From positions 110,238,001 to 110,302,000 of the forward strand of contig CM059432.1 in NCBI GenBank assembly GCA_030390025.1: 64,000 nucleotides of DNA. The letters are read 5' to 3'. The position numbers were made by a program, and so were the translations under genes. The notes under the pieces are model-generated. The model did no database searches. It was not told the DNA's origin and saw only the letters and a program-made list of their open reading frames with translations. This document shows positions 1 through 12,542 of the stretch, piece after piece. Within the stretch, counting starts at the first letter, position 1, and each line of letters opens with the position of its first letter. This stretch comes from Squalus acanthias. Taxonomy: Eukaryota.

Positions 1-927
1 TCCGACCCGCCAAGGACTTCTCATGCCCCCTCCTAAGCTCTTTTTTTTAGCTCATTCCTTGCTACCTTGTACCCCTCAATCGACCCAACTGAACCTTGTT
101 TTCTCATCCTTACATACGCTTCCTTTTTCCTCTTGACTAGACATTCAACCTCTTTTGTGAACCATGGTTCTCTCACTCGGCCATTTCCTCCCTGCCTGAC
201 AGGGACATACCTATCAAGGACACGCAGTAATTGCTCCATGAAAAAGCTCCACTTTTCGTTTGTGCCTTTCCCTGATAGTTTCTGTTCCCATCTTATACTC
301 CCTAATTCTTGCCTAATCGCATCATAATTACCCCTCCCCCAATTATAAACCCTGCCCTGCCATATGGCCCTATCCCTCTCCATTGCAATAGTGAAAGTTA
401 CCGAATTGTGGTCACTATCTCCAAAGTGCTCTCCCACATACAAATCAAACACTTGGCCCGGTTCATTACCCAGTACCAAATCCAACGTTGCCCCAGCTCT
501 TGTCGGCCTATCCACATATTGTGTCAGGAAACCCTCCTGCACACACTGTGCAAAAACTATCCCATCCGAACTGTTTGACCTATAAAGGTTCCAATCAATA
601 TTTGGAAAGTTGAAGTCACCCATGACAACTACTCTGTGACCTCCACACCTATTCATAATCTGCTTTGCAATTTCTTCCTCCACATCTCTATTACTATTTG
701 GGGGCCTGTAGAAAACTCCTAACAACGTGACCGCTCCTTTCCTATTTCTAACTTCAGCCCATATTACCTCAGACGGCAGATCCCCCTCGAACTGCCTTTC
801 TGCCGCTGTTAAACTATCCTTGATTAACAATGCTACTCCTCCACCTTTCTTACCAACTTCCCTACTCTTACTGAAACATCTATACCCCGGAACTTCCAAC
901 AACCATTCCTGTCCCTGTTCTAACCAT
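1..927 (-). mobile_element. CR1 LINE ORF2 fragment (AP-endonuclease domain), continuing off the window
   Basis: ORF 33..902 contains GGGVALL, YRPPNS, MGDFNFP, LDLVL and SDHN motifs. Confidence 0.9.
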
Positions 928-940
928 CTTCTATGTTTCT

Positions 941-1287
941 AAGGTAAGTCCCGGGGGTGGGAGGTGGTGCAGGGCTGGTGAGACGGTAATGGGGGGCGGG
1001 GGGGGGGAGCGCAGCTGGCATTCACGAGTACTGTGGAATCGGAGGGAGCACTCCTGCACCTTCTGGCTTAAACTTAGGCCTGCAGCGACCGCTTAGAAAA
1101 CCCGGAGCCTTTTCCGCACATCCTAATCCAATTTTGTAGTGGGGACTCCGCATTTACATATGTAAGGGGTGCAACGCTTGTTTTAGACGGCTGCAAGAGA
1201 TGCCTGAAAAATGGCCTGACTCAATATCGGGATGGACGCCTTCCAGGCATCGTTGGGACGCAGGACGCTGGTGCCCGAAATTGGCCC
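941..1287. mobile_element. Right half of a putative Harbinger-type MITE
   Basis: GC/CpG-rich segment ending in gaaattggccc, like the TIR ends of the other MITEs here. The left half is displaced by the CR1. Confidence 0.4.
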
Positions 1288-1749
1288 TCATTGCCCCTGC
1301 AAAATAACTAGGTTCAATTTCTTGGCACTGAATATGCATTAACATTAGAAAGGCTGTGACCATGATGCAGAGAGATTTCTGAATCCAAGTGCTGTGTTAA
1401 ACCCCGTGGAGACCTGGTTTGTTTGCGGGTTATATTGTGAATGTAAGCTTCTGTAGTGATGGATATACTCTGGTTTTGTATTAGTTGGACAGTTGGTTTG
1501 TTCTTCCTCGCTAATAAGGAAATGAACTAATGTAATGTTTAATTGTAGCAAGGTCTCAAGGTCTAAGTATTAAGCTCGGATCCACCCACGAGTGCTGAAA
1601 AATAACAGCTAACTACTGCTGAGGGCAAAATATCAGATAACCAATGGTGTTGCAGTAGTTATTTTATAGAAGATTTTGGAAACCTGGATTTCAATCAAAA
1701 TTCTATTCACATTTTACTAAAATTGGGAAATGAAAGTAAAGGCCCAGAA

Positions 1750-1905
1750 AGAGCTCACATTATATAGTGCCTTGCATAGGACATCCCAAAATCCTTACAA
1801 CCAATGAATTACTTAGTTACAGTGCAGTCACACTTATATTAGGCAAATCCAGCAGCCAATTGCATGCAGCAAAGTTCACAAACAACAGGGTAAAATCTTT
1901 TGTTG
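1750..1905 (-). mobile_element. Deu-type SINE 3' fragment
   Basis: Resembles the tail of 14909-15380 (ggacatcccaaa...ccaatgaa...gcagccaattg). Confidence 0.55.
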
Positions 1906-2637
1906 ATTATAATAAATAAAACACCACCACTGTGAAGCTAATGGAGCAAGCCAGGAGTGGGACTACTTTCAAAGGGGCTTTTTCTTACTTCTCTGTTGGG
2001 AACTGCAGCATCTGTCAGAAGAGCCGTAAGCAAAGAAATCTTTCAAAATTGTGCTTGTGTAGAAAGCATTAGAGTGTGGAGGGTCTGTATAATCCAAATG
2101 CAGCATTATTTTTTTTATTTTTTAGTTATTCTGTATTTTATCCAAATTCCCTCTTTCTACAGTCTTCCTGTGGCACAAATCACTTTCCTGATGGAAGCAG
2201 CGCCCGTCAATACCACTCTGTAACTGGCTACTGTGGAGCTGCGTGAACCCTCTCTCATTCCCTCTGGATGGGTTGGAGGGAGAGAAAGAGTGGCACAGCT
2301 GAGAACTCAAACATCCCATGTTAGAAATTACATTAATCAGGAATTAGGGCATGTGCCCCTCACAATTTTACATCCATTTTTTTTTTTTTAAATGGACAGA
2401 AAATATAATTCAGATGGCAACCAGAGGGGAGGAAAGAAATAGAATGTTTTTTTTATTGTGAAAATAAGACCCACATTATATCAAATGCGTACGCCAGGAC
2501 TGCACTCCCGAGTTCATAATATGTGCCCCCAATGAACACACTCAGAATGTGAATTTGTAAAAATACTCTTCGTACTCAGACCACAATCTGCTTCATTATC
2601 CCAACCCAAGTACAGTAATTTAATTAGGTTAATATAC

Positions 2638-3440
2638 CTTCTACAGATCCTTCTGCAGCTTTCCCAGTTTTCTGTTTGACTTCTTTGTTGGTGACCTGTT
2701 GCATTGTTTCCCTCTGCTCTTTAGTCTGTTGCATAGTGTGGCTCTTCCACAGCTTTCGGAGCTCCTCCACCTCAGTCTCAGAATCCGGAACACGCTCTTC
2801 CCCGGATTTCCTGGTCTGATCAGTGTTCGCTCTCTCGCACATGCCTGTGGAATCTGAAGCAGATGCAGTTTGACTTGCTCTACACTCTACATTCAACTCC
2901 TCAGCTTCAGCATGTTTGTGCTCACTGGCCAAACTCTGACGAAGAGTGGAATGCGGCTCATCCTCACCGTGATGTGCACTACCATCATCATCAGTGCAGT
3001 GTTCATTTCGAGATTTTTCCATAGTTTGGTTCCCATTTCCCTTCACTTCAACCAGTTCAGGACCTGGAACATCACCATCATGAGTCAATAGTTTTTCAGC
3101 ATTCGTTTGTTCAGTCACAGTAGCCTCCAATGACTTGACAGATGAAGGTTGAGGGCAGCCCTCCACAGCAGACTGGTTTATGGTTTGCACAGACTCCAAT
3201 GAAGCTCCTGATGATTTATCTTGTCTAAGCTCATCAGAGACGACCAGCTCCTCCCGGATAGGGGAGAGTTCTGACTCGGTGAATACATCTTCAGACAAGG
3301 ATTCCTCTGTGCTTCGGGGAGCTGTGCTTGTGCTGTCATTCCCTGTATCTCGTAGTTTGGGGTCAACCTCATCAGTATTACTTCTCACTCTTTGGTTTAA
3401 CTGGTATACATCTTTGACTGATGCTGAATATTCTAGGTCT
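2638..3440 (-). CDS. OXR1: OXR1 large acidic middle exon, 803 nt, phase 2/1
   Basis: Acceptor ccaccag| and donor |gtatat. Phase matches the upstream exon. Contains OXR1-like motifs STEESLSEDVFTESELSPIREEL and EVEELRKLWKSHTMQQTKEQRE (ORF 2624..3475). Confidence 0.93.
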
Positions 3441-3589
3441 CTGGTGGAAAGAAAAAAGTAAAAGGTCAAGTGCAAGTGTGGCTTTAATTAGGTCTATTTC
3501 TGTGATTGTATTCTGAACACATTTTATGGGTTTCACAGACTGCATTCATGGTACAACTGCATAGTTCTTGGACTATTAAATTTTGGTGT

Positions 3590-4200
3590 GCAGAGGGATT
3601 TGGGTGTCCTTGTACACGAATCACAAAGTTAACATGCAGGTACAATAAGCAATTAGGAAAGCAAATGGTATCAGCCTTTATTGCATGGGGGTTGGAGTAT
3701 AAGAGTAATGAAGTTTTGCTGCCATTATATAGGGCTTAGGAGAGACCACACCTGGAGTATTGTGTACAGTTTTCGTTTCCTTACCTAAGGAAGGATATAC
3801 TTGCCATAGAGGCGGTGCAACAAAGGTTCTCTAGATTGATTCCTGGGATGAGAGGGTTGTCCTATGATGAGAGATTGTGTAGAATGGGCCTATACTCTCT
3901 GGAGTTTAGAAGAATGAGAAGTGATCTCATTGAGACATACAAGATTCTGAGGGGGATTGACAGGATAAATGCTGAGAGGCCATTTCCCCTGGCTGGAGAG
4001 ACTTGAACTCATAGTTTTAGTCTCAGGATAGGGGGTTGGCCATTTAAGACTGAGATGAGAGAAGTTTCTTCATTCAGAGGGTGGTGAATCTTTGGAATTC
4101 TCTACCCTAGAGGGCTATGGATGCTCAGTCGTTGAGTATATTCAAGGCCGAGATAGATAGATTTTTGGACTCTACGGGAACAAGGGATATGGGGATAGGG
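3590..4200 (+). mobile_element. CR1 LINE 3' ORF2 fragment
   Basis: Encodes RPHLEYCVQF-like and LYSLEFRRMRSDLIETYKI motifs, with stops. Confidence 0.9.
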
Positions 4201-4204
4201 CAAC

Positions 4205-5228
4205 AATTTGTTGCAGCCGTTCTGTTGGGCTCGTTTCCGAGTGCAGTGGGCCATGGCGCCGGCTGCCTCAGGGCGAACCAATCTTGCAGTGGGGGACATC
4301 AAATAGGCTTTATTTCCACACTGCACATCTTTTTCCCCCCTCAGAGAGTACAGGGGCAGAGTGGAGGCCGTGACGACTGGCAAGCCTGGCAGAGACATCA
4401 CTCAGGGTTTCTTAATACCTCATCTTTGTCCCTTCTGACTTCTATCTCATCCCATACACTGCAGCTGCTTTCACCACCCACTTCTCACTCTGTGCGCTCC
4501 CTTTACACCAAAATCTAATTCTTGTCCCTCTCTTTCAGATGCTCAGAATGTGGAAGCCCCTGTTCCAGTGGAGGAACAGGAGGGCAGCCTTCCTGAAGAT
4601 GCACTCTCACTCAATCTGACCCACGCAAGCACCAGCTCAGAGACTGGCATTACATGTACGTTAGAAGCTAAGTTAGAGGATGTGTCTACACGTGGTGACT
4701 CACTGGGCACAAGTGTGCAGGGGTTAGGGCAGGGGAATAGAATGCCACATGTGCGGAGGGCAAAGCCGCATAATAGTTCTTCTGAAGACTCAGATGCTGA
4801 CTTCAAGGACCCAGCCTACCAAAGAACACTGATGGGCATACACCGGGAAATGCCAGGTACACTGGGCAGCCTGCCAGAGAGGTTGTGCATAATGTCGTGG
4901 AGCATGGAGAAGTCCAGCTCCAATCTGTCTTAAGGCTTCGTGCATAGCATGGAGGCCACTCTGTCCAACATGGACAGAGTGGGCAGTTCCATTAACACAA
5001 TGGCACCCACCATGATGGAGCCTCTGCTGACAGCTTCCATGGCAGCTCACACTGCTGCCATGCAATCACAGACGGTTGCCATCATGGCTTTGGGAGACAC
5101 TGTTGACAGAGGCTTCCAGAGTGTCACATTATTCCTGCACTCTGTTCTAGTGCAGAGCAGTGGAGGTGCAGAGATGTCATCCCAGTACAGTGGCTTTGGC
5201 TCCATGGGAGAGGCACCTGCTGTTGTCT
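4205..5228 (+). mobile_element. Harbinger Myb/SANT-like gene fragment (last exons)
   Basis: Acceptor tctttcag| at 4538, then ...LSLNLTHASTSSETG...LMGIHREM, homologous to 19033..19692 and 56913..57392. Confidence 0.7.
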
Positions 5229-5229
5229 G

Positions 5230-6497
5230 ATTTGAGCTGATTAGACAGTGCCAATACGGATTTGTAAAGGGTAGGTCATGTCCAACAGACCTAATTGACT
5301 TTTTTGAGTAAATATCTGAAATAATAGATAGGGGAATGTCTATGGATGTAGTTTATATGAACTTCCAGAAAGCATTTGATAAGGTTGCACACAAGAGACT
5401 GTACGCTAAAGTTAAAGCTCGTGGAATTGAAGACAAATTATTGACCTGGTTAGGAGGTTAGGCAGTAGAAGACAGAGTAGGGATAATGGGTATGTACTCG
5501 AATTGGAAGAAAGTGACTACTGATGTCCCACAGGATCTGTGCTGAGACCTCAACTATTCACTGTTATTAATGACTTAGATAACGCGAGTGAGAGCCATAT
5601 ATCCAAGTTTGCCGATGACACGAAGATTGGTGGCACAGTAAGTAGTATAGATGGGAGCATAAAATTACAGAGAGACATTGATAGATTAAGTGAGTGGGCA
5701 AAACTGTAGATTTCAACGCAGGCAAGTGTGAGGTCATCAACTTTGGATCCAAGTATTTTTGAAATGGTGAAAAGCTAGGAACAATGGAGGTCCAAAGAGA
5801 TTTAGGGGTCCATGTACACAGATCAATCAAATACAATGCAGCATTCAGGTACAAAAAATAATCTAAATGGCCAATGGAATGTTAGCCTTTATAATTAGAG
5901 GGCTAGAATATAAAGGTGAGGAAATTTTGCTACAGCTATACAAAGCCCTGGTTAGACCACATCTGGAGTGCTGTGTACAGTTCTGGGCACCGCACCTTAG
6001 AAAGGAAATATTGGCCTCGGAAGGAGTGCAGCGCAGATTCAGCAGAATGTTACCAGGGCTCCAAGGGTTAGATTATGAGGAGAGATTACATAAACTAGGC
6101 TTGTATTCCCTGGAATATAGATGGTTAAGAGATGATTTGATTGAGAATTTTAGGATTTTGAAAGGAATTGATAGGGTAGATAGAGAGGAACTTTTTCCAT
6201 TGGTGGGGGGAGTCCAGGACAAGGGGACATAACCTTATCAGAGCCAGGCCATTCAGGAGAGAAGTTAGGAAACACTTCTTCACACAAAGGGTTGTAGAAG
6301 TGTGGAGCTCTCTTCCACAAAAAGCAGTAGAAGCTAGCTCAATTAATAATTTTAAATCTGAGATCGATAGATTTACCAAGGGTATTAAGGGATATGGAGC
6401 CAAGGTGGGCAGGAGGAGTTAGGACACAGATCAGCCATGATCTCACTGACTGGCAGAACAGACTGAAGAGGCTGAATTGCCTCCTCCTGTTCCAAAT
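5230..6497 (+). mobile_element. CR1 LINE 3' portion (RT and 3' tail), decayed
   Basis: SKFADDTK and RPHLECCVQFWAP motifs, CR1-type 3' UTR. Confidence 0.9.
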
Positions 6498-7404
6498 GTA
6501 CCCAGTTGAACTGCAAACAGATTCCAATGATCTGAGTACTGATGCCCCTTTAAATAGTGCTTCCGAATGCCATTCCATGCTGTCCATTTGTACTGGGTGG
6601 GTCCAGCGCAAATGAATATTTGGGAAGGGTCGGGGGGGGGGGGGGGGGGGCGCGGTTGGTGGAGGAAGTAATTCGGTAGTAAGGGAGTAGAGTAATGAGG
6701 AGTTAGGTTGTGTGGAGTGGGATACACTTTGGGCTGGTAGTTGCAGAAAAAAATGTTGAAGAAAAAAGACGGGGTAAGAGTGTTGAAAAAAAGTACGAAA
6801 GGTTGCAGGAAAGAAAAGGTGCAAAAAGAGAGGTTAAAAGTGCATGAGGGAATAAAAGTCAGAGAACAACAGGTCTTAAAAAAAGGGCTCAGAAGCAAAA
6901 AGACACTGCACAATAGGGCGAGGAAGAGAAAGGGTAACAGAAACAATTAAAGAAACACACACAAAGCAGAACTAGACTATTGAAAAAGTGTGAGGAAAAG
7001 TGGGAACAAAACACAGGAAAATGAGCTATAAAGAAATAAGAGGAAGCAGAACCAGCTATATATAGTCAGAGCTTGAAAAGTATAATTGCTGCCTAAAGAC
7101 AACATTTTGAACTATATGATTGATCAGTTTTGTGGTACTTCCTGATATGTGAACGATAACTCTGAAAACAATTGAGTGTTTCCATTAGCTGATTTTGTTC
7201 TGATTATTTGTTGCTGATTTGTACCTTGTTCCACCTGTCGAGTGAATGCAACCGGTTTTTGATTTGTGCCAATCAATATGATGAACATGGTTATATGAAC
7301 CAATCACTATTTTTTGCCCTAAAGACGCATATTGCTTTTGAGGTGCGATACCTTAGTGTGATGCGACAAACACATGCCAGAAGCATGACTTTATTATGGC
7401 ACAG

Positions 7405-7845
7405 TATTACATAGAATTTACAGCCCAGAAGCAGGCCATTCGGCCCAACATGTCAATGCCGTATTTATGCTCCACACCAGCCTCCTCCCACTTTGCTTCC
7501 AAAAACCATATCCTTCTATTCCTTTCACTCATGTGTTTATCTAGCTTCCCCTTAAATGCATCTATGCTAGTCGCCTCAACTACTCCACGTGGTAGCGAGT
7601 TCCATATTCTCACCACTCTCTGGGTAAAGACATTTCTCCTGAATTCCTTATTGGATTCATTAGTGACTCTTATATTTATGGCTCCTAGTTTTGGACTCCC
7701 CCACAAACATCTTCTCTACATCTGCCCTATCAAACCCCTTCATAATTTGAAATCACCTCTTAGTTTCCTAGAGTAAAGAGCCCCAGCCTGTTCCGACTTT
7801 CCTGAGAGTTGGACCCTCGCAGTTCTGGGATCATCATTGTAAAAG
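7405..7845 (-). mobile_element. CR1 3' fragment
   Basis: FTQRVVRIWNSLP motif plus 3' stem-loop/tail. Confidence 0.85.
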
Positions 7846-8219
7846 TTGCAAGGCCTTTTAGAGACTCATTGATTTTTTTAAGCACATAAAAATTTCATTT
7901 ACTTAGCTGTTTTAACCAGCAGTCCAATTCCCCCATGACCCAATGTAACTACTTTAAGAGAGAAAGATTTCAGGACAGATATTCCTCTTATTATGCTTGA
8001 ACATAAAGGAATGCCTTGGTAGAGCACAGCGAGAAGATTCGGACGTGCTCTGTTATGCAGTAAGAGGAAGGTTCCCTCTTCCTTTTATTAAAATTGCACG
8101 GGCTTTTTAAAACATTTCATTCCTGTCTAACTAAACTGATGGACAAGTATACCAAAGTCCTGCAAACCCAATTTATTTTCCTGTAAATAATGTTATGGGA
8201 GATTAAAAAGTGTTGGATT

Positions 8220-10835
8220 ACATAGGATATACAGCACAGAAACAGGCCATTTGGCCCAACCAGTCCATGCCGGCGTTTATGCTCCACTCGAGCCTCCTCC
8301 CGTCTTTCCTCATCTAAAATCAATCAGCATAACTCTCTATTTCCCTTCTCCCTCATATGCTTATCTAGCCTCCCCTTAAAAGCATCTATACTATTCGCTT
8401 CAACCACTCCCTGTGGTAGCGAGTTCCACATTCTCACCATTCTCTGGGTAAAGAAGTTTCTTCTGAATTCCCTATTCGATTTCTTGGTGACTATTTTATA
8501 TTGATGGCCTCTAGTTTTGCTCTTCCCCACAAGTGGAATCACACTCTCTGTCTACTCTATCAAAACCTTTCACAATTTTAAAGACCTCTATTAGGTCACC
8601 CCTCAGCCTTCTTTTTTCAAGCGAAAAGAGACCCAGCCTGTTCATCCTTTTCTGATAGGTATACCCTCGCATTTCTGGTATCATCCTTGTAAATCTTCTC
8701 TGCACCCTCTCCAGTGCCTCTATATCTAATATGGCGACCAGAACTGTACACAGTACTCTAAGTTTGGGCTAACCAAGGTGCGATACAAGTTTAGCATAAC
8801 TCCACTACTTTTCAATTCTATCCCTCTAGAAATAAATCCTAGTGCTTGGTTTGCTTTTTTTAATGACCTTGTTAACCTGTGGCGCTACTTTTAGTGATTT
8901 GTGTATTTGTACTCAGAGATTCCTTTGCTCCTCTACCCCACCAAGACTCGCACCCTCCAAGTAATGTGACCTCCCTAATCTTCCTACCAAAATGTAATAC
9001 CTCACATTTATTGGTGTTGAATTTCATTTGCCAATTATATGCCCATTCTGCAAGTTTATTAATGTAACTTGTTGCAGTCCTCCTCAGTATTAGCTATCCC
9101 TGCCAATTTGGTGTCATCCTCAAATTTAGAAATTGTGTCTTTGATTGCAAAGTCTAAATCGTTAATATAAATTGTGAACAACAGTGGTCCCAGCTATGAT
9201 CCTTGTGGAACATCACAACCCACCTTCTACCACTGTGAATAGCTACCCTTTACCCCTACTCTCTGCTTTCTGTCTTGAAGCCAGCTAGCAATCCATTCTG
9301 TTACTTGTCCCCTGACTCCGCATTCTCTGACCTTATTCATTAGTCTATTATGTGGTACCTTATCAAAGGCCTTTTGAAAATCTAGATAAATTACATCTAC
9401 TGCATTACCCTCGTCTATTCTCTCTGTTACCTCTTCAAAAAATTCAACGAGATTGGTCAAGCAAGACTTTCCCTTTTGAAATCCATGCTGACTATTCATT
9501 ATTATATTTTTGGCTTCTAGATGTTCTCCTATTTTCTCCTTTAGTAGGGATTCCATTATTTTTCCTACCACTGATGTTAAGCTGACTGGCCTATAGTTTC
9601 CTGGACATGTTCTATCTCCCTTCTTAAATATAAGTTTTATGTTAGCCAGTCCTCTGGCACTACACCTTTTTCTAATGAATTATTAAATATGTCAGAGTCA
9701 TAACGGCTTAGAAGGTAGCCATTCGGCCCATCGAGTCTGTGCCGGCTCTCTGCAGTCAGCTCCATTCCCCCGCTCTATCCCCGTAGCCCTGCAAGTTTAT
9801 TTCCCTCAAGTGCCTATCCAGTCTCCCCTTGAAAACATTGAGTGTCTCCGCTTCCACCACTTCCGTTGGCAGAGAGTTCCAGGTCCTCACCACTCGCTGC
9901 GTAAAAAAGTTTTTCCCTCACGTCCCCCCTATATCTCTTGCCCAAAACCTTAAATCTGTGTCCCCTAGTCCTTGTACCATCAACTAGTGGGAACAGCCTT
10001 TCCCCGTCTAGCCTATCCAAACCAGTCATAATCTTGTCATCGACCTGAAACGTTGACTGTTTCTCTCTCTGCGGATGCTGCCTGACCTGCTGAGTATTTC
10101 CAGCATTTTCTGTTTTTATTTTGGATTTCCAGCATCCACAGTATTTTGCTTTTATATTCCTTTTTTTATTGATGTGCCTGTAAAATATTTTACTGTTTTG
10201 TTTTATGTTTCTTGATAATTTAATTTTGTGGTTCCTCTTTGCCTTCCTAATTTTTTTTGACTTCTTTCCTAATCTCTTCGTATTTTCCCTCATCATGCTC
10301 TCCCCTGTTGTCTATGTACTTAATGTATGCCTCTTTCCTTACCCTCAATTTTTCCCTTATGGCTTTATTCATCCATCGTGTATCATTAGTGTTTAGCTTG
10401 TTCTTGTTTTTTAGTGGAATATATTTTTTCTGGACTCTGTTGAACACAGTTTTAAATGTTTCCCATTGCTGTTCTACGTCATTGTTTGCCAATATTGTTG
10501 TCCATTTTCTTTTCCCAAGTTCTATTCTCAGCCCCTCAAAATCATCTTTTCTCCAATCTATTACCCTGGTCTTCGTCATACTTATTTCCTTCTCAATTAT
10601 TATTTTAAAGCGTATTATATTATGGTCACTATTGCCTAGATGTTCCCCTGCTTTTACTTCTCTTATCTGGTCTGGTTCATTCCCCATTACTAGATCCAAT
10701 ATCGAATCCTTCCTTTTTACATATTGGGTTAGAAAGGAGTCCTGTACACATTGTAGGAACTCTATTTCTTATCCCCTTTACCTACCTCTTCTGTCCAATT
10801 AATATCGGGGTAGTTGAAATCCCCCATGATTATTA
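8220..10835 (-). mobile_element. CR1 LINE (EN to 3' end), decayed, interrupted at about 9693-10152 by a CR1 3' piece and a Penelope-like fragment
   Basis: ORFs 8324..8542, 8511..8705, 9227..9571 ([17 protein letters not shown]) and 10247..10699 (SDHN). Confidence 0.9.
10036..10152 (+). mobile_element. Penelope-like terminal repeat fragment (3' half of a hammerhead motif)
   Basis: tcatcgacctgaaacgttgac...gatgctgcctgacctgctgagtatttccagc, nearly identical to 36484-36604 but lacking CTGATGA. Confidence 0.6.
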
Positions 10836-10868
10836 TTGAGATCCAACATATGTCATTGCACAATTTAA

Positions 10869-11169
10869 GAAGAGTTTACCTAACTAACATTTGGTTAACA
10901 AATGGTATTAGAACACTTTCTGCTGGCATTTTCAAGCAAGTTTTTAAAAAGATAAACATACAAGTTACTGTAGTGATATACCAAATGCATGCTCGGAAAA
11001 ACTCCAATATGGCAGCTGATTCTACAATGGAAATGGAAATCTTAGGGAGTGAACAGGTCAATAAAATAAACCTAAATGTGAAGCAGCATAAACGGAATAA
11101 ATCAATCAGTTTAAGTGACTTCAACTACAGTGTACCATTTGTTAACCAAATGTTAGTTAGGTAAACTCT
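10869..11169. mobile_element. About 300-bp element with perfect 38-bp terminal inverted repeats, flanked by TTAA; putative Kolobok-type MITE
   Basis: 10870-10907 is the exact reverse complement of 11133-11170. TTAA lies at 10865-10868 and 11170-11173. Confidence 0.55.
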
Positions 11170-11571
11170 TTAATGCAATTCATTATTATTATTTTGTAAT
11201 GATGTTTAACTCACAGTAACTTGAATCTGGGTACCTCACTGCTCATTATAAATGTGTAATACAGGCCCCATCGGATTCACAACTCTGGACATCCAGATAC
11301 TGTCTTATAAAAATCACTTATCATACATTCTGAGCAAAAGTTAGGCTTCCAAAAGAAGCTTCCGGTATTTCAGTCAGTGACTGTGCAAATAATAAACAGA
11401 AGCTCTCAACAGCCACTCCAGTATTTTTCCAGTGGGATAGGAAGTGCTATTGGCAAAGAATAGGGGATTTTAGTTAGTCATCTTTCCCGTGACCGCCTTG
11501 GCTCACTACCAATGGAGCTGCTTATTGTTGCATTAAATAACTGTTAGCAGATAGTAAGTGTTGGATCTTAC

Positions 11572-11756
11572 GGAGGCAAAGATTCTTTGATTTTACTGTC
11601 CAAAATGTCCCTGTACATGGCTGCTGAAAGGACCTCCTCCATGGGACACATGATGCCGTATTCCTCGCAGCCACGTTCTTTTATTAAAGGATCATGCTTG
11701 TGAGGGTCAAACATGATGTTGTTGGGGGTCACTAGAAGTACGCCACTGACTGCTCC
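11572..11756 (-). CDS. OXR1: OXR1 coding exon (GRAM-like region), 185 nt, phase 0/2
   Basis: Acceptor ttgcag| and donor |gtaaga. Translates GAVSGVLLVTPNNIMFDPHKHDPLIKERGCEEYGIMCPMEEVLSAAMYRDILDSKIKESLP, in frame with the 40913-41065 exon. Confidence 0.96.
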
Positions 11757-11911
11757 CTGCAATGAAAAAGAAAGACACATATCTTTAAATCTCTTAGTTT
11801 GTACTGTCTTTTGTGTTACTGCAAATAAGAGTAAGAGACTCTTTCCTGCATTGTTCCTGTGTGTTTGTTCATAATGAGTCACCGCAGATGCCCTCATATA
11901 CCTCACTGAAA

Positions 11912-12320
11912 TGTCAAGTTGCCTCAGTTTGTAGCATTCTTGTCTCTGGGTCAGGAAGTTGAGAGTTCGAACCCCACACTGGAATCAGAGCACGTAAATG
12001 TAGGCTGGCACTCCAATGTATCACTGATGATGCTGCTGCTTTATTGGAGGTGCCATTCTTTGGACAAGATGTTAAACCAAAGTTCCATCTGCCTGTTCAG
12101 GTGGACAAAGATCCCACAGTGCTATTCACATAAGAGCAGGGAGATCTCCCCGTGTCCTTGGCCAACATTGCTCTCTCAGCCAATACTACAAAAAAAATAA
12201 CTGATCATATAGCTCATTGTTGTTGGTACAGAATGGCTATTGGATTTCCCTACAAAGCAGTCACTACAGTCAAAAGTAATTTGTTACTGTATGAGGTGCT
12301 TTGAGACATTTCAGTGTGGT
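11912..12320 (+). mobile_element. Diverged Deu-domain SINE (SacSINE1-like)
   Basis: B-box-like gttcgaaccc and Deu-like gatgttaaaccaaag...ttcaggtggac...agatccca. Homologous to 14909-15380. Confidence 0.7.
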
Positions 12321-12542
12321 AAATCACCAAAAAAATGAAGTAACATTAAAACAACAAATCGGTCAAGAGTAGCATAGGTAGATGCCTGGGAGCTGGCCTC
12401 CTCTAACTGCTAAGTTGGGAAATAGTGCTGCAGTGAGGGGAAACCTCAATCAGGAGGTGTTTAATATGTGAAAATCAGGATCATAGTCTCATCATGGAAA
12501 TCATGCAGCTATTAGATATGAAGATTCTGTAATAAAATGTTT

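Noticed and set aside
6339..6950. Low-complexity ORFs (Phe/Leu/Pro-rich or Lys-rich)
   Set aside because: They are by-products of a purine-skewed tract and G run, with no domain or splice support.
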